From the NCBI GenBank assembly GCA_965221115.1, contig CBDCRU010000002.1:628172-692171 (forward strand): DNA of 64,000 bases, given 5' to 3'. The notes beneath the pieces were generated by a model. It worked only from the letters and a program-made list of their open reading frames with translations. It was not told where the DNA came from and did not search any database. This document shows positions 19,624-28,844 of the stretch, piece by piece. Positions within the stretch are counted from its first letter, which is position 1. Each line of letters begins with the position of its first letter. The stretch comes from Alphaproteobacteria bacterium (GTDB lineage: Bacteria; Pseudomonadota; Alphaproteobacteria; SP197). The position numbers and the translations under genes are program-made.

Positions 19624-20498
19624 CGAGATCGAGAGGCCTCGGGCGCGGCCTCGACGCGCTCATCGGAACGCCGGCAAGGACAGCTGTCTCCGGCATGCGC
19701 ACCGTTTCCATCGCGGAACTGAGGCCCGGCCGTTTTCAGCCACGCACCCGTTTCGACGATCAGGACATCGACGGCCTGGCCCGCTCTCTCGCGGACAGCG
19801 GCATGATGCAGCCCATCATCGTCAGGCCCGCTGCCGACGGCATGATGGAGATTGTCGCCGGTGAGAGACGCTGGCGGGCGGCGCAGCGGGCGAAGCTCCA
19901 CGATGTTCCGGTTGTCATCAAGGAGATGAGCGACCGCGAGGCCCTGGAACATGGTCTGGTCGAAAACCTGCAGCGCGAGGATCTCGGTCCCGTGGAGGAA
20001 GCGGCGGGCTACCGCCGTCTCAACGAGGAATTCGCCCTGACCCAGGAGGAGATTGCGGCCCTTGTCGGCAAGGGCAGGGTCCATGTCGCCAACACGCTGC
20101 GCCTCCTCCAGCTTCCCGAACCGGTGCGCAAGCTGATCAATGAAGGACAACTCAGTGCGGGCCATGGACGTGCCCTGCTGGGAGCCCGCCAGCCGGAGGC
20201 GCTGGCCGCGCGCATTCTGAAGGAGCGTCTGTCGGTGCGCCAGACCGAGGCCCTGGTGCGCAGTCAGGATCAACGCTCGGGTCGTAGCGGACGGACGAGA
20301 CACGTCGATCCCGACATCCGGGCACTCGAACGACGGCTTGGCGAGGCAACAGGCCTGAAGGTCGCGATCAGCCCGAAGGGCGAGAAAGGGAGACTGACAC
20401 TGACCTACCGGACCCTTCAACAGCTCGACGACATCATTGCGCGCCTCGAACGAGGTCTCATAATTCCAGACAACCGACAAACCGAGGAGGCATCATGA
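19620..20498 (+). CDS. parB: Chromosome partitioning protein ParB
   Basis: MTRSRGLGRGLDALIG N-terminus, the GERRWRAA ParB box and an HTH region; overlaps the parA stop. Confidence 0.9.
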   Translation: MTRSRGLGRGLDALIGTPARTAVSGMRTVSIAELRPGRFQPRTRFDDQDIDGLARSLADSGMMQPIIVRPAADGMMEIVAGERRWRAAQRAKLHDVPVVIKEMSDREALEHGLVENLQREDLGPVEEAAGYRRLNEEFALTQEEIAALVGKGRVHVANTLRLLQLPEPVRKLINEGQLSAGHGRALLGARQPEALAARILKERLSVRQTEALVRSQDQRSGRSGRTRHVDPDIRALERRLGEATGLKVAISPKGEKGRLTLTYRTLQQLDDIIARLERGLIIPDNRQTEEAS

Positions 20499-21655
20499 TA
20501 TCCATGAAAATGTCACGTCTCGTGGGGACGCTGCTGCTGGCAGTCGTTGTCGCCGGCATTCACGGCGTCGCCCCGCAACAGGCCCGTGCGGCCGAAGAGG
20601 TGGATATAGCGATCATATCGTTCTCGCCCTATGCACCCTGGTACATCGTTCAGGAAAGGGGCCTTGCCCGCGACATCGATCTCAACATACGGATCATCGA
20701 GGACATCACCGCGAAGAACGCGGCACTGACAACCGGAACGGTCCAGTGCATGCTGAATACCCTCGATTCAGTCGTCGTGGCCCGCGCCTCGGGAGTTCCC
20801 GTCAAGGTCATCGCCATACCTGCGATGTCGTACGGACTCGATGAGATGATTGTCGATGAGTCCATTGAATCCGTCGACGATTTTCCGGGAAGGAGCTACG
20901 GCGCCGATTTCGCCTTCCTCAATCACATGTGGATGCTGCTCACGCTGAAGAAGGCAGGCATTGCCTTCGACGCCCTTGATCACAAGATCATGCTTCCCCA
21001 GGACAGTGCTGCTGCGTTCACGAGCGGTCAGCTGGACATCGACGTCAATTACAAGCCGTTTTCGTCGCAGTCGGCCGACCGCGCTGGTTCCCGTATTCTC
21101 AAGACCAGCCTGACGGACCGGACATGGGAACGCGGTCTCATCTCCGAGTCCATTGCCTGCAACGAGGACTGGCTGGCGGACAATCCCGATGTTGCCACGG
21201 AACTGCTGAGGGCATGGTTTGAAGCCGTGGACTGGTGGAAGGCCAACCCCGAAGAAGGGAACGATATGGTTGCCCAGGGCCTCGACTGGCCCGTTGCCGA
21301 TGTTCGCGAGACACAGTATGGCGCTATCATGCTGAATCTTGATCAGAATCTTGGCGCGTTCGGTGTCGGCGAAGGCAAGCCTGTCTGCCAGAGCCTGCCA
21401 GAGGGGGCACCGGAACCGCCCGCGGAACCGAGCGGTTGGGGCGACATGCTGTTCGATGGTGAGCCTGACTGTGCGCCCGGCTACCTTGCGGCTACCTGGG
21501 AGCTCTTCGGCGAGGTCTACATGGAGGCCGGTGTCATCGACTCGTTTGCCTCATCGGAGGAGGGCGTCGACCTGTCGATCCTCGAGGCACTTGACAGTGC
21601 CGGCGCCTCGCAGACCTGGTCTTCGAACACATGGATCGGAAGGGTGGGTCTGTAG
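20495..21655 (+). CDS. Periplasmic ABC-type substrate-binding protein, NMT1/SsuA-like (orphan, no adjacent permease or ATPase)
   Basis: Signal peptide MKMSRLVGTLLLAVVVAGIHG; aggagg RBS 6 nt upstream of ATG 20495. Confidence 0.7.
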   Translation: MISMKMSRLVGTLLLAVVVAGIHGVAPQQARAAEEVDIAIISFSPYAPWYIVQERGLARDIDLNIRIIEDITAKNAALTTGTVQCMLNTLDSVVVARASGVPVKVIAIPAMSYGLDEMIVDESIESVDDFPGRSYGADFAFLNHMWMLLTLKKAGIAFDALDHKIMLPQDSAAAFTSGQLDIDVNYKPFSSQSADRAGSRILKTSLTDRTWERGLISESIACNEDWLADNPDVATELLRAWFEAVDWWKANPEEGNDMVAQGLDWPVADVRETQYGAIMLNLDQNLGAFGVGEGKPVCQSLPEGAPEPPAEPSGWGDMLFDGEPDCAPGYLAATWELFGEVYMEAGVIDSFASSEEGVDLSILEALDSAGASQTWSSNTWIGRVGL

Positions 21656-21665
21656 CGATCCCTTG

Positions 21666-21705
21666 TCGTCACCCCTTGCACGGCCTGTCCTGCAAGGGGT
21701 GACGA
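21666..21705. terminator. 15-bp GC-rich hairpin between convergent genes (no clear U-tract)
   Basis: tcgtcaccccttgca-N10-tgcaaggggtgacga, between the SBP gene end (21655) and the tyrC end (21706). Confidence 0.35.
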
Positions 21706-22593
21706 TCAGGCCTGGCCTGCGTCAATGATGCCGCGGCGGATGTCCCGGCTTCTGCGGAAGAGATCCTCGAGTTCCTCGCCCTCGCCCCAGCGAATGGCGC
21801 GCTGGAGCCTGGAGAGGTCTTCGTTGAAACGCTGGAGCATTTCGAGAACGGCTTCGCGGTTGTTGAGGTAGACATCACGCCACATCACGGGATCCTGGGC
21901 CGCGATCCTCGTGAAGTCCCTGAATCCGCTCGCAGAATATTTGATCACCTCCTGCCTGGTATGGTTCTCCATGTCGGCGACGGTGCCGACGATGTTGAAG
22001 GCGATCAGTGTCGGCAGATGGGATGTCAGCGCCATGACCCAGTCGTGGTGGTCGGCATCGATGATATCGATCATGGAACCGGCCTGGCGCCACAGTTCGC
22101 AGACCTTTTCGATGGCTTCGGGATCTGTGCCTGAAGGGGGCGTCAGCACGCACCAGCGGCCCTCGAACAGGGTGTCGAAGCCGCTTTCCGGACCCGACTC
22201 CTCCGTTCCGGCAAGAGGATGGCCGGGAACGAAGTGAACGCCCTCCGGAATCGCCGGCGCCACGTCACGGATGACGGCCTGCTTCACGGACCCCACATCG
22301 GTCACAATCTGACCCGGGGTCAGGACGGGCGCTATGGCCCGGGCAATCATGCCGTTGGTCCCGATCGGCGTGGAGATGACCACCAGATCGGCGCCGCGGG
22401 CCGCCTCGGCATGGTCCTTCGTCACCGTATCGGCCAGGCCCAGTGTCCTGACCGTCTCCAGGGTTGAATCACGGCGCGCACAGGCGACGATCCGGCGGGC
22501 AATCCCCTTGCGGCGAATGACCCGCGCAAGCGAGGAGCCGATCAGGCCGATGCCGATCAGGCAGACCGTATCGAACAGCGGGTCCCGGGTCAT
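21706..22593 (-). CDS. tyrC: Prephenate/cyclohexadienyl dehydrogenase
   Basis: VCLIGIGLIGSSLA NAD-binding N-terminus; located downstream of hisC as in many alphaproteobacteria. Confidence 0.85.
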   Translation of the reverse strand: MTRDPLFDTVCLIGIGLIGSSLARVIRRKGIARRIVACARRDSTLETVRTLGLADTVTKDHAEAARGADLVVISTPIGTNGMIARAIAPVLTPGQIVTDVGSVKQAVIRDVAPAIPEGVHFVPGHPLAGTEESGPESGFDTLFEGRWCVLTPPSGTDPEAIEKVCELWRQAGSMIDIIDADHHDWVMALTSHLPTLIAFNIVGTVADMENHTRQEVIKYSASGFRDFTRIAAQDPVMWRDVYLNNREAVLEMLQRFNEDLSRLQRAIRWGEGEELEDLFRRSRDIRRGIIDAGQA

Positions 22594-23687
22594 GTTTCGC
22601 CCATGAAGCGGGTGAGGCTGTCGATGAGCGCCTCCATCTCGTCGTCGAGGCCGATGTTGATCCGCAGGCCGTCAGGGATGCCGTAGGCACCGAGGTCGCG
22701 GACAAGAATGGCCCGGGATGCCAGGAACCGCTCCGCGGCCGCGGCCTGGGAAGGGCCGCCCGGGAAGCGCGCAAGGACGAAGTTGACGACGCTCACGGGA
22801 ACATCGAGCCCGATCGCCTTCAGGCGCCGGGTGAGCTCCGGAAGCCAGCGGTCGTTGTGCTCGATGGCGCGCTGCAGGTGGTCGGGATCGTCCAGAGCCG
22901 CGGTTGCCGCAGCCTGGCCAACGGCGTTGACATTGAAGGGACCGCGGACCCTGTGAAACGCATCGACGACGTCCGGTGGACCGTACATCCAGCCGACCCT
23001 GAGACCGGCCAGGGAATAGACTTTGGAGAACGTCCGCGTCATGACGGTGTTGGTGCTGTCATGCACCAGCTCGGCCCCGGCACGGTAGTCGTTGCGGGTG
23101 ACGAATTCGGCGTAGGCGGAATCGATCACGAGAAGAACGTGATCCGGCAGGCCGGCCCGCAGCCTGGCGACGTCGCTGGCCGGGATGACACTTCCGGTCG
23201 GATTGTTGGGATTGGCAAGGAAGACCAGCTTCGTCTTGTCGGTAACTGCCGCCAGCATGGCCTCGACATCCACCCGGAAGGCGCGTTCGGGAGCACTGAC
23301 AGGTGTTGCACCGGCCGCCATGGCCGCGATCGGGTAGATGGCAAAGCCGTACTGGCTGTAAAGGACCTCGTCGCCGGGACCGGCGTAGATGCGTGGCAGC
23401 AACTGGAGAATCTCATCTGATCCGTTGCTGCATACGATTCTCTCCGGGTCAAGGTCGCAGCGCCGGGCAATGGCCTCGCGAAGATCAAGGGCGCTGCCAT
23501 CGGGATAGCGGACCACGCCGGCCGCTGCCTCCTGCGCCGCCTCGACGGCACGCGGACTGGGCCCGAGAGCCGACTCGTTCGAAGACAGCTTGATGACGCG
23601 GCGGCCCTGGGCGTCGGTGGCGGAGCTTCTTCCCGGCACATAGGCCTTGATATCGAGAATGCCGGCACGGGGTGCGGGTGCGTTCAT
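22590..23687 (-). CDS. hisC: Histidinol-phosphate aminotransferase
   Basis: LSSNESALGPSP and a PLP-fold class II aminotransferase signature. Confidence 0.9.
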   Translation of the reverse strand: MNAPAPRAGILDIKAYVPGRSSATDAQGRRVIKLSSNESALGPSPRAVEAAQEAAAGVVRYPDGSALDLREAIARRCDLDPERIVCSNGSDEILQLLPRIYAGPGDEVLYSQYGFAIYPIAAMAAGATPVSAPERAFRVDVEAMLAAVTDKTKLVFLANPNNPTGSVIPASDVARLRAGLPDHVLLVIDSAYAEFVTRNDYRAGAELVHDSTNTVMTRTFSKVYSLAGLRVGWMYGPPDVVDAFHRVRGPFNVNAVGQAAATAALDDPDHLQRAIEHNDRWLPELTRRLKAIGLDVPVSVVNFVLARFPGGPSQAAAAERFLASRAILVRDLGAYGIPDGLRINIGLDDEMEALIDSLTRFMGET

Positions 23688-23700
23688 GGTGTTACCGGAG

Positions 23701-24486
23701 TCAGTCCTGAAACGGTGCGGGATAGGACCCCAGGACCATGCCCGTCAAGGAATCCATGGTGATACGACGCTCTTCATCTCCCTCGTGCCAGCCTTCGACC
23801 GTGGTGATCCGGACATTCTTATGCGCATCATCGGGCTCGTCCAAAACGGCGATCACGGTCCGGTCGTCTCCCGACGCCTCGGGAGCGGTGGCCGACAGCA
23901 CGAAGGCCTCGCAACGTGACCCGGATCCGGGTGCCGGAGGAACGAACGGCAGCAGGGCCACGATATGGAGGGCGTCAGGCCCCTCGCCGGCAAGCAATCG
24001 CAGGGCGTCGCGGTCCGCAGTCGGGATCACGGCCAGCCGGTCACGGCCTTCCTTCACCCGGTGCATGGCGGCGATGGCATCGTCGGTTTCAGGCATCAGG
24101 GTGGCCGATCCGTAGAAATCACGTGCGGTGTCACGCAGACCAGGTTCCGATCCACCCACCACAACCGAGAACGTTCCCTGGAGCGGCAACAGGGCACACA
24201 CCATTTCACGCCACATGCGCACCAGTGCCGCCGGTGGAAAGACGCCGCGGTTGCGGGCAAGGATACGGCGCAGGATGATCGCCTCTCGGCCTGGCCTGAG
24301 GAAGCGGTGGAGCGTGCCGGCTTCCGTCTTGGCCGCCGTGACTTCGTCGACGAGTTCGACGCGGCGCAGGATAAGATCGAGAATGCTGTCATCGACAGCG
24401 TCGATCTCCCGGCGCAGGCGGGCGAGGGTGTGTTCGGGCGAAATCAGAGTGATGCCCCGGATGACGTGATGAATCAGGGATGATGT
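23701..24486 (-). CDS. Chorismate mutase (AroQ) domain fused to a ~170-aa C-terminal domain; 5' end apparently disrupted (no canonical start for the CM domain)
   Basis: In-frame translation upstream of the annotated 173-aa ORF gives ISPEHTLARLRREIDAVDDSILDLILRRVELVDEVTAAKTEAGTLHRFLRPGREA, a typical AroQ helix 1. The only canonical start is GTG 24220, which would delete it; an in-frame TAA lies at 24487-24489. Confidence 0.5.
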   Translation of the reverse strand, partial: TSSLIHHVIRGITLISPEHTLARLRREIDAVDDSILDLILRRVELVDEVTAAKTEAGTLHRFLRPGREAIILRRILARNRGVFPPAALVRMWREMVCALLPLQGTFSVVVGGSEPGLRDTARDFYGSATLMPETDDAIAAMHRVKEGRDRLAVIPTADRDALRLLAGEGPDALHIVALLPFVPPAPGSGSRCEAFVLSATAPEASGDDRTVIAVLDEPDDAHKNVRITTVEGWHEGDEERRITMDSLTGMVLGSYPAPFQD

Positions 24487-24569
24487 TTAGGTGACATCGT
24501 CACCAAAGGCAAAACCGGACAGTGACAAGCGACTGATGCCTCCCACTCGAAACCGGTGCGTCGCGACTG

Positions 24570-24911
24570 CTACCTCGAAGCGGGTTGCCGGAGATCGATC
24601 ACACCGTGACTGTGGACGATTTCCTTCTCGATCCGGGTGTTCTGTTCGCAGAAGATCACCAGATTTTTCGAGTCCGGCGTCCGTACGTTGGGCACTACAA
24701 TTTCGGCGGCACCCAAAAACGCACAGGCTTCGGCAGTTTCCTGGAAGCGCCGCTCCCCGATCGCCGCTTGCCGCGTTTCCGACGTACAGAGAACATCGAA
24801 TGTGCCGTCATCCCAGCGACCGCCTGAGCACCAGCAGGCAAGCAGGTCTCGACCCTCCCGTATCGATCGCCACACGGTTCCGCCATAGGAGTTCCGATCC
24901 AGCGAATCCAA
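24570..24911 (-). CDS. Hypothetical protein (TTG start, 113 aa) in a lower-GC inserted segment
   Basis: Protein-like composition but no ATG and no recognisable family. Confidence 0.25.
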   Translation of the reverse strand: MDSLDRNSYGGTVWRSIREGRDLLACWCSGGRWDDGTFDVLCTSETRQAAIGERRFQETAEACAFLGAAEIVVPNVRTPDSKNLVIFCEQNTRIEKEIVHSHGVIDLRQPASR

Positions 24912-25188
24912 CGCATCCAGGAAGTCATGGTCACGGATTGATTGACGAAATCCCGAACCATTCCGTGTTGCTATGGTCAGAGATATGCATCCGCATCAAG
25001 ACAGCCCGGAATGGCGATGACGTCCCAGGAACGATCGTCGCGAATCAGATCGATCGAAGGCGCACCGACAAGTCGTCGGCGTCAATAGTGATGACGCATC
25101 GTTTTGACCGCACCGAAGGCCGAACGCATCGCGACCTCATCGACCGTCGACGCCGTGGTCTCCGCCGGTTGCCGTGCCGTGTCGACCG

Positions 25189-25590
25189 TCAGGGGTGTCG
25201 GGGTTCTCCCATGACGGAGAACCCGAGCGTCGTCGCCACCGAAGCCTGTCGCGTATCCAGTGTTGCGACCGACAGGTCACCGGGTTGTGGAGAGACGTAA
25301 AGAGCGGTCGCCAAATGCCAGAGATCCGCACCGCGCAGGTATCCTGCTTCGAGAACCGACACCAACTCCCCCGTGAGTGGCCGATCAGGGAGGACCCAAT
25401 CGATTCCCGCGAGGCTGTGTTCCTGAAAGACAAGGTTCTCGCGTGCGAATGCCGCCCGCGCTTCGGCCTCAAGCAGGTTGGACGAAACGAGGCGTGTGCA
25501 TGCATTGAGATGCCGGGCCAGGCCGGATGCACCGGGTTCATCAAAAATGATGGCTATCAGTGCGGAGGAGTCGACGTAGGCGACACTCAT
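25189..25590 (-). CDS. vapC: PIN-domain ribonuclease toxin VapC
   Basis: MSVAYVDSSALIAIIFDEPG with the acidic residues of a PIN domain; 4-bp overlap with the upstream antitoxin gene. Confidence 0.85.
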   Translation of the reverse strand: MSVAYVDSSALIAIIFDEPGASGLARHLNACTRLVSSNLLEAEARAAFARENLVFQEHSLAGIDWVLPDRPLTGELVSVLEAGYLRGADLWHLATALYVSPQPGDLSVATLDTRQASVATTLGFSVMGEPRHP

Positions 25591-25865
25591 CCGTCCCGCT
25601 CATCGAGGAATCGCGTGAGCGCGCCGGGCCGGCGCTCAACGGGTCCCATGTTTCTCCCTGAGATGGCTGCTTGGACCAGGCAACCGTTGCGTTCAAGTTC
25701 TGCGAGCCGATCGTCAAGTGCAGGATTGGCCTGTTCCTTGATCGCGCGGATCTCTGCCACGGGCTCTCCGCGGTAGGAAACCGTAACCGTCTTGCCGTCG
25801 CGCACCTGGCGGAGCACTTCGGAGAAACGCGCCTTTGCCTCGTACACGGAATATGTGATCGCCAT
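25587..25865 (-). CDS. Phd/YefM-family antitoxin
   Basis: MAITYSVYEAKARFSEVLRQVRDGKTVTVSYRGEPVAEIR is the classic Phd/YefM N-terminus; ATG 25865 chosen over the longer ORF. Confidence 0.8.
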   Translation of the reverse strand: MAITYSVYEAKARFSEVLRQVRDGKTVTVSYRGEPVAEIRAIKEQANPALDDRLAELERNGCLVQAAISGRNMGPVERRPGALTRFLDERDG

Positions 25866-26366
25866 GAATGCATCATAACTAGTCAGTCTAGTCATTGCAA
25901 CGAGCCGACACGTTTCGTGCACGTACGCTGTGCCGTTACGGGTGATCGCTGGCTACCAGTCGAGCACCAAGGAACCCGCGCCTCCGACCGCTGCAGATAA
26001 CATCTTGTCCCTCGGATTTCGCTCCTCTTGTCGTTGCCGTTGCGGCCCTCCCGTGACATCTGCCCGTCGGCCGTCCAGAACGCCGGCCACGGCCAGGAAA
26101 GGCACACCCGAACGGATCGAGGCCAATCGGCCGCCACGCTCGACGATCCGGCCGGGCGCGGGAAGCAGCGGAGGTGAGGCCGGTGCGTCAGAACCCTGTC
26201 AGCCAGATACGATGACCGTATCCGCTGGTTCGATCAGTTGCAGGTCAAGGGGCGCCTGGATGGTGAATCCGGCCGCTGCTCTCAGAGGTCCGCTCTCAAT
26301 CGCGCAGATCTCGAACCGGTACCAGCGCCGGTCCGGTTCCGGTCGGGGCAGACCAAATGTTTCGAT

Positions 26367-27710
26367 GGGGAATTATATAGGAAAGTCACCATGATCGCCT
26401 TGACTTCCGGGCGTTCACGAGGGATGATGCGCGTGTGGTTTGGGGTCGCCTGCCCCGCCCCGCCAAACGGCCAATGGAGGGCCGACCGCGCATGGCTCAG
26501 GATACTCACGAATATCGGCAAGTCACCTACCGGTTGCTCCCCGGCAGCCGGGCGAAGGCGCGCCAGCTTGCGGCCACCGCGGGCGCGTGCCGCTTCGTCT
26601 GGAACATGCTTCTCGATCAGCAGGAGCAGCTTGTTGCGGCGGCGAGACTGGCGGGAGCGGACCGGCTGCCAGGCGTGTCGTTCTTCACGCTCGGCAAGGC
26701 CTTCACGCAGCTTCGACGTGTCACGCCGTGGCTGCAGGAGATGCCGTTCGCGCCGGTACGTTACACTCAAGTACCAGGCGGATGCGTGGCAGGCGTTCTT
26801 CTCCGGACACGCCGGACGGCCCCGCTTCAAGCGTCGGGGTCAGGACTCGGTGACGCTCCCGGACAACGTCCGCATCCGGAACGGCATGCTGCACGTCCCG
26901 AAGATCGGGCCGATGCGGCTTCGCCGCCGGGGAGGGAACCCTCACTCCGAAGGCGAGCCGGTGCAGGCGGTGATCAGGCAGCACTGCGGCAAGTGGTACG
27001 CCACGGTCTGCTACCGCGTGGCGTCTGTCGAGCGGCCCGACGACGGTACGGTGACCGGCCTCGACATGAACACAGGCCAGGTGGCAGACAGCAACGGGCA
27101 TATTCACCATGCACCGAAGACGCGCCGCCTCGAAGCCCGCAGGCGGCGCTACCAGAAGAAGCTGGCGAGACAGGTGCGCGGTTCCCGGCGTCGCAAGAAG
27201 ACGCGGCGCCAGCTTGCCCGAACGCAACGCCGGATCGCCATGTGTCGCCGCAACTGGCAGCATCATGTTTCCCGGGCCCTGGCTGGCGGAACCGTCGTCA
27301 TCGAGGATCTCAACACAAAGGCCATGACACGGAGCGCAAAGGGAACGGTCGAGCACCCCGGGACGAACGTGAAGGCGAAGACCGGACTGAACCGGGAAAT
27401 CCTCGCCACCGGCTGGGGCGACTTGCGTGCCATGCTCGACTACAAGGCCCCGCGCGTCGTGGTTGTCAATCCGGCCTACACGAGCCAAACCTGTGCGGCG
27501 TGCGGCGCGGTTGACGCCGCTTCGCGCCGGGGCAGGACATTCGAATGCGTGGCCTGCGGCCATGCGGACCATGCGGACCTGAACGCGGCCCGCACCATAC
27601 GGCGTCGGGGACAGGCGCTGCTGCACGGGGAGGTTGCCGCATCGAGCGGGCCTGCGAACCGTGAAACGGATCGGTGGGCCGCATGAATGTGACTCTCCTA
27701 TATATGTCCC
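26367..27710 (+). mobile_element. TnpB-only insertion element (IS200/IS605-family tnpB, IS1341-like) bounded by ~23-bp imperfect inverted repeats and flanked by a 7-bp direct repeat TTTCGAT
   Basis: Left GGGGAATTATATAGGAAAGTCACC versus reverse complement of right GGGACATATATAGGAGAGTCAC; TTTCGAT at 26360-26366 and 27711-27717. Confidence 0.6.
26492..27686 (+). pseudogene. tnpB: tnpB (RNA-guided nuclease of the IS200/IS605 family) with a -1 frameshift near 26763-26768
   Basis: N-terminal part YRQVTYRLLPGSRAKARQLAATAGACRFVWN in one frame; the OrfB/RuvC-like region and the zinc finger CAACG...CVACGH continue in the +1 frame; a single missing base in ...gtacgttacactcaag... would restore VRYTLKYQADAW. 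Confidence 0.8.
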
Positions 27711-27893
27711 TTTCGATAGCGTAGCCGAACTCGACCGTGTAGAGACCGTCGCAGACCAGCGCGACGACGGTGGAATGCGGATGGACATCTGTCATTCAGG
27801 CAGGATCCTGCCGACATCGGGCATTCACGCCACTCGTCAATCGTGGGCGGTATCCGGAGACTGACCGCTCCGGTTTCCGGTTGGAGGGCACCG

Positions 27894-28499
27894 ATGCTTC
27901 GTCTCTACGACAACCATCTCTCTGGCAACGGCTACAAGCCGAGGTTGCTTCTGGCCCACCTGGGCAGCGCGTACGAGGCTGTCGAGATCGATATCATGAA
28001 GGGCGAGAGCCGGACCCCGGAGTTCCTCGCCCGCAATCCCAACGGACGGATCCCTCTCCTTGAACTCGAGGACGGCACCTATATCGCCGAGTCCAATGCC
28101 ATTCTTTACTTTCTTGCGGAAGGTTCGCGGTTCCTTCCGGCGGACCGGCTGTCCCGTACTCTTGTCCTGCAGTGGATGTTCTTCGAGCAGTACAGCCACG
28201 AGCCGTTCATCGCGGTTGCGCGCCACTGGATCCAGCATGCAGGGATGTCCGAGGTACAGCGCGCCCAGCTTCCCGACAAGCATGAGGGAGGACATGCCGC
28301 GCTCGCGGTCATGGAGGGGCACCTCTCCGGTTCCGACTGGTTCGTCGGTACCGGCATGACCATCGCCGACATCGCTCTCTATGCCTATACCCACGTTGCG
28401 GACGAAGGCGAATTCGATCTCGCCGGCTACCCGGCCGTTCGCGACTGGCTCGTCCGGGTCCGCGAACAGCCAGGTCACGTTCCCATGCGATCCATGTAG
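27894..28499 (+). CDS. Glutathione S-transferase
   Basis: MLRLYDNHLSGNGYKPRLLLAHLG...ESNAILYFLAE GST N-terminal domain; ggaggg RBS. Confidence 0.85.
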   Translation: MLRLYDNHLSGNGYKPRLLLAHLGSAYEAVEIDIMKGESRTPEFLARNPNGRIPLLELEDGTYIAESNAILYFLAEGSRFLPADRLSRTLVLQWMFFEQYSHEPFIAVARHWIQHAGMSEVQRAQLPDKHEGGHAALAVMEGHLSGSDWFVGTGMTIADIALYAYTHVADEGEFDLAGYPAVRDWLVRVREQPGHVPMRSM

Positions 28500-28844
28500 T
28501 TGTGTGACCGGCCATCGCAAGGCTGGGCGCGTCCGGTGCTGCAATGGCGTCGGACACCCACCTTGTCCGGTCGGGGTCATCGCCGCTTCACCCTTGCGGC
28601 AAGCATTCGCCCGGCAATCGCGCCAAGCCGGGATTGCTGCTCGAACACAGCTTTGATGTTTTCGGGGCGCGCGGCCGTCGTCTCGAACCGTTTCGAGTGC
28701 CGGCAGGATGGTCGACGATGGGCCGAGTGATCGTCCGGTCGAAGGCTTGACAGGCCGGGGTACGGTCTCCATACAGCCCTCCACGCTCCGCTGACTACGA
28801 TCCCGGGTTCATGGCACCTGGTTACACGGCGGAATGAGTTCGAC

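Noticed and set aside
24491-25300. 269-aa plus-strand ORF in the islet
   Set aside because: Extremely Arg/Ser/Pro-rich with no domain-like segments; it overlaps vapC on the opposite strand.
26238-26491. N-terminal 85 codons of the 482-aa ORF 26238..27686
   Set aside because: This part lies outside the inverted-repeat boundary of the TnpB element and has no TnpB similarity. The real tnpB N-terminus is in the other frame (26492 onward); the long ORF is an artefact of the frameshift.
28500-28844. Possible SAM-II riboswitch upstream of metX-metW
   Set aside because: SAM-II elements commonly precede metX/metA in alphaproteobacteria, and short pieces (atcgcg, ttgctg, agcttt) occur around 28610-28660. 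However, they lie ~190 nt from the start codon rather than abutting the RBS, and I cannot reconstruct the pseudoknot by eye. It needs a covariance-model search (Rfam RF00521).
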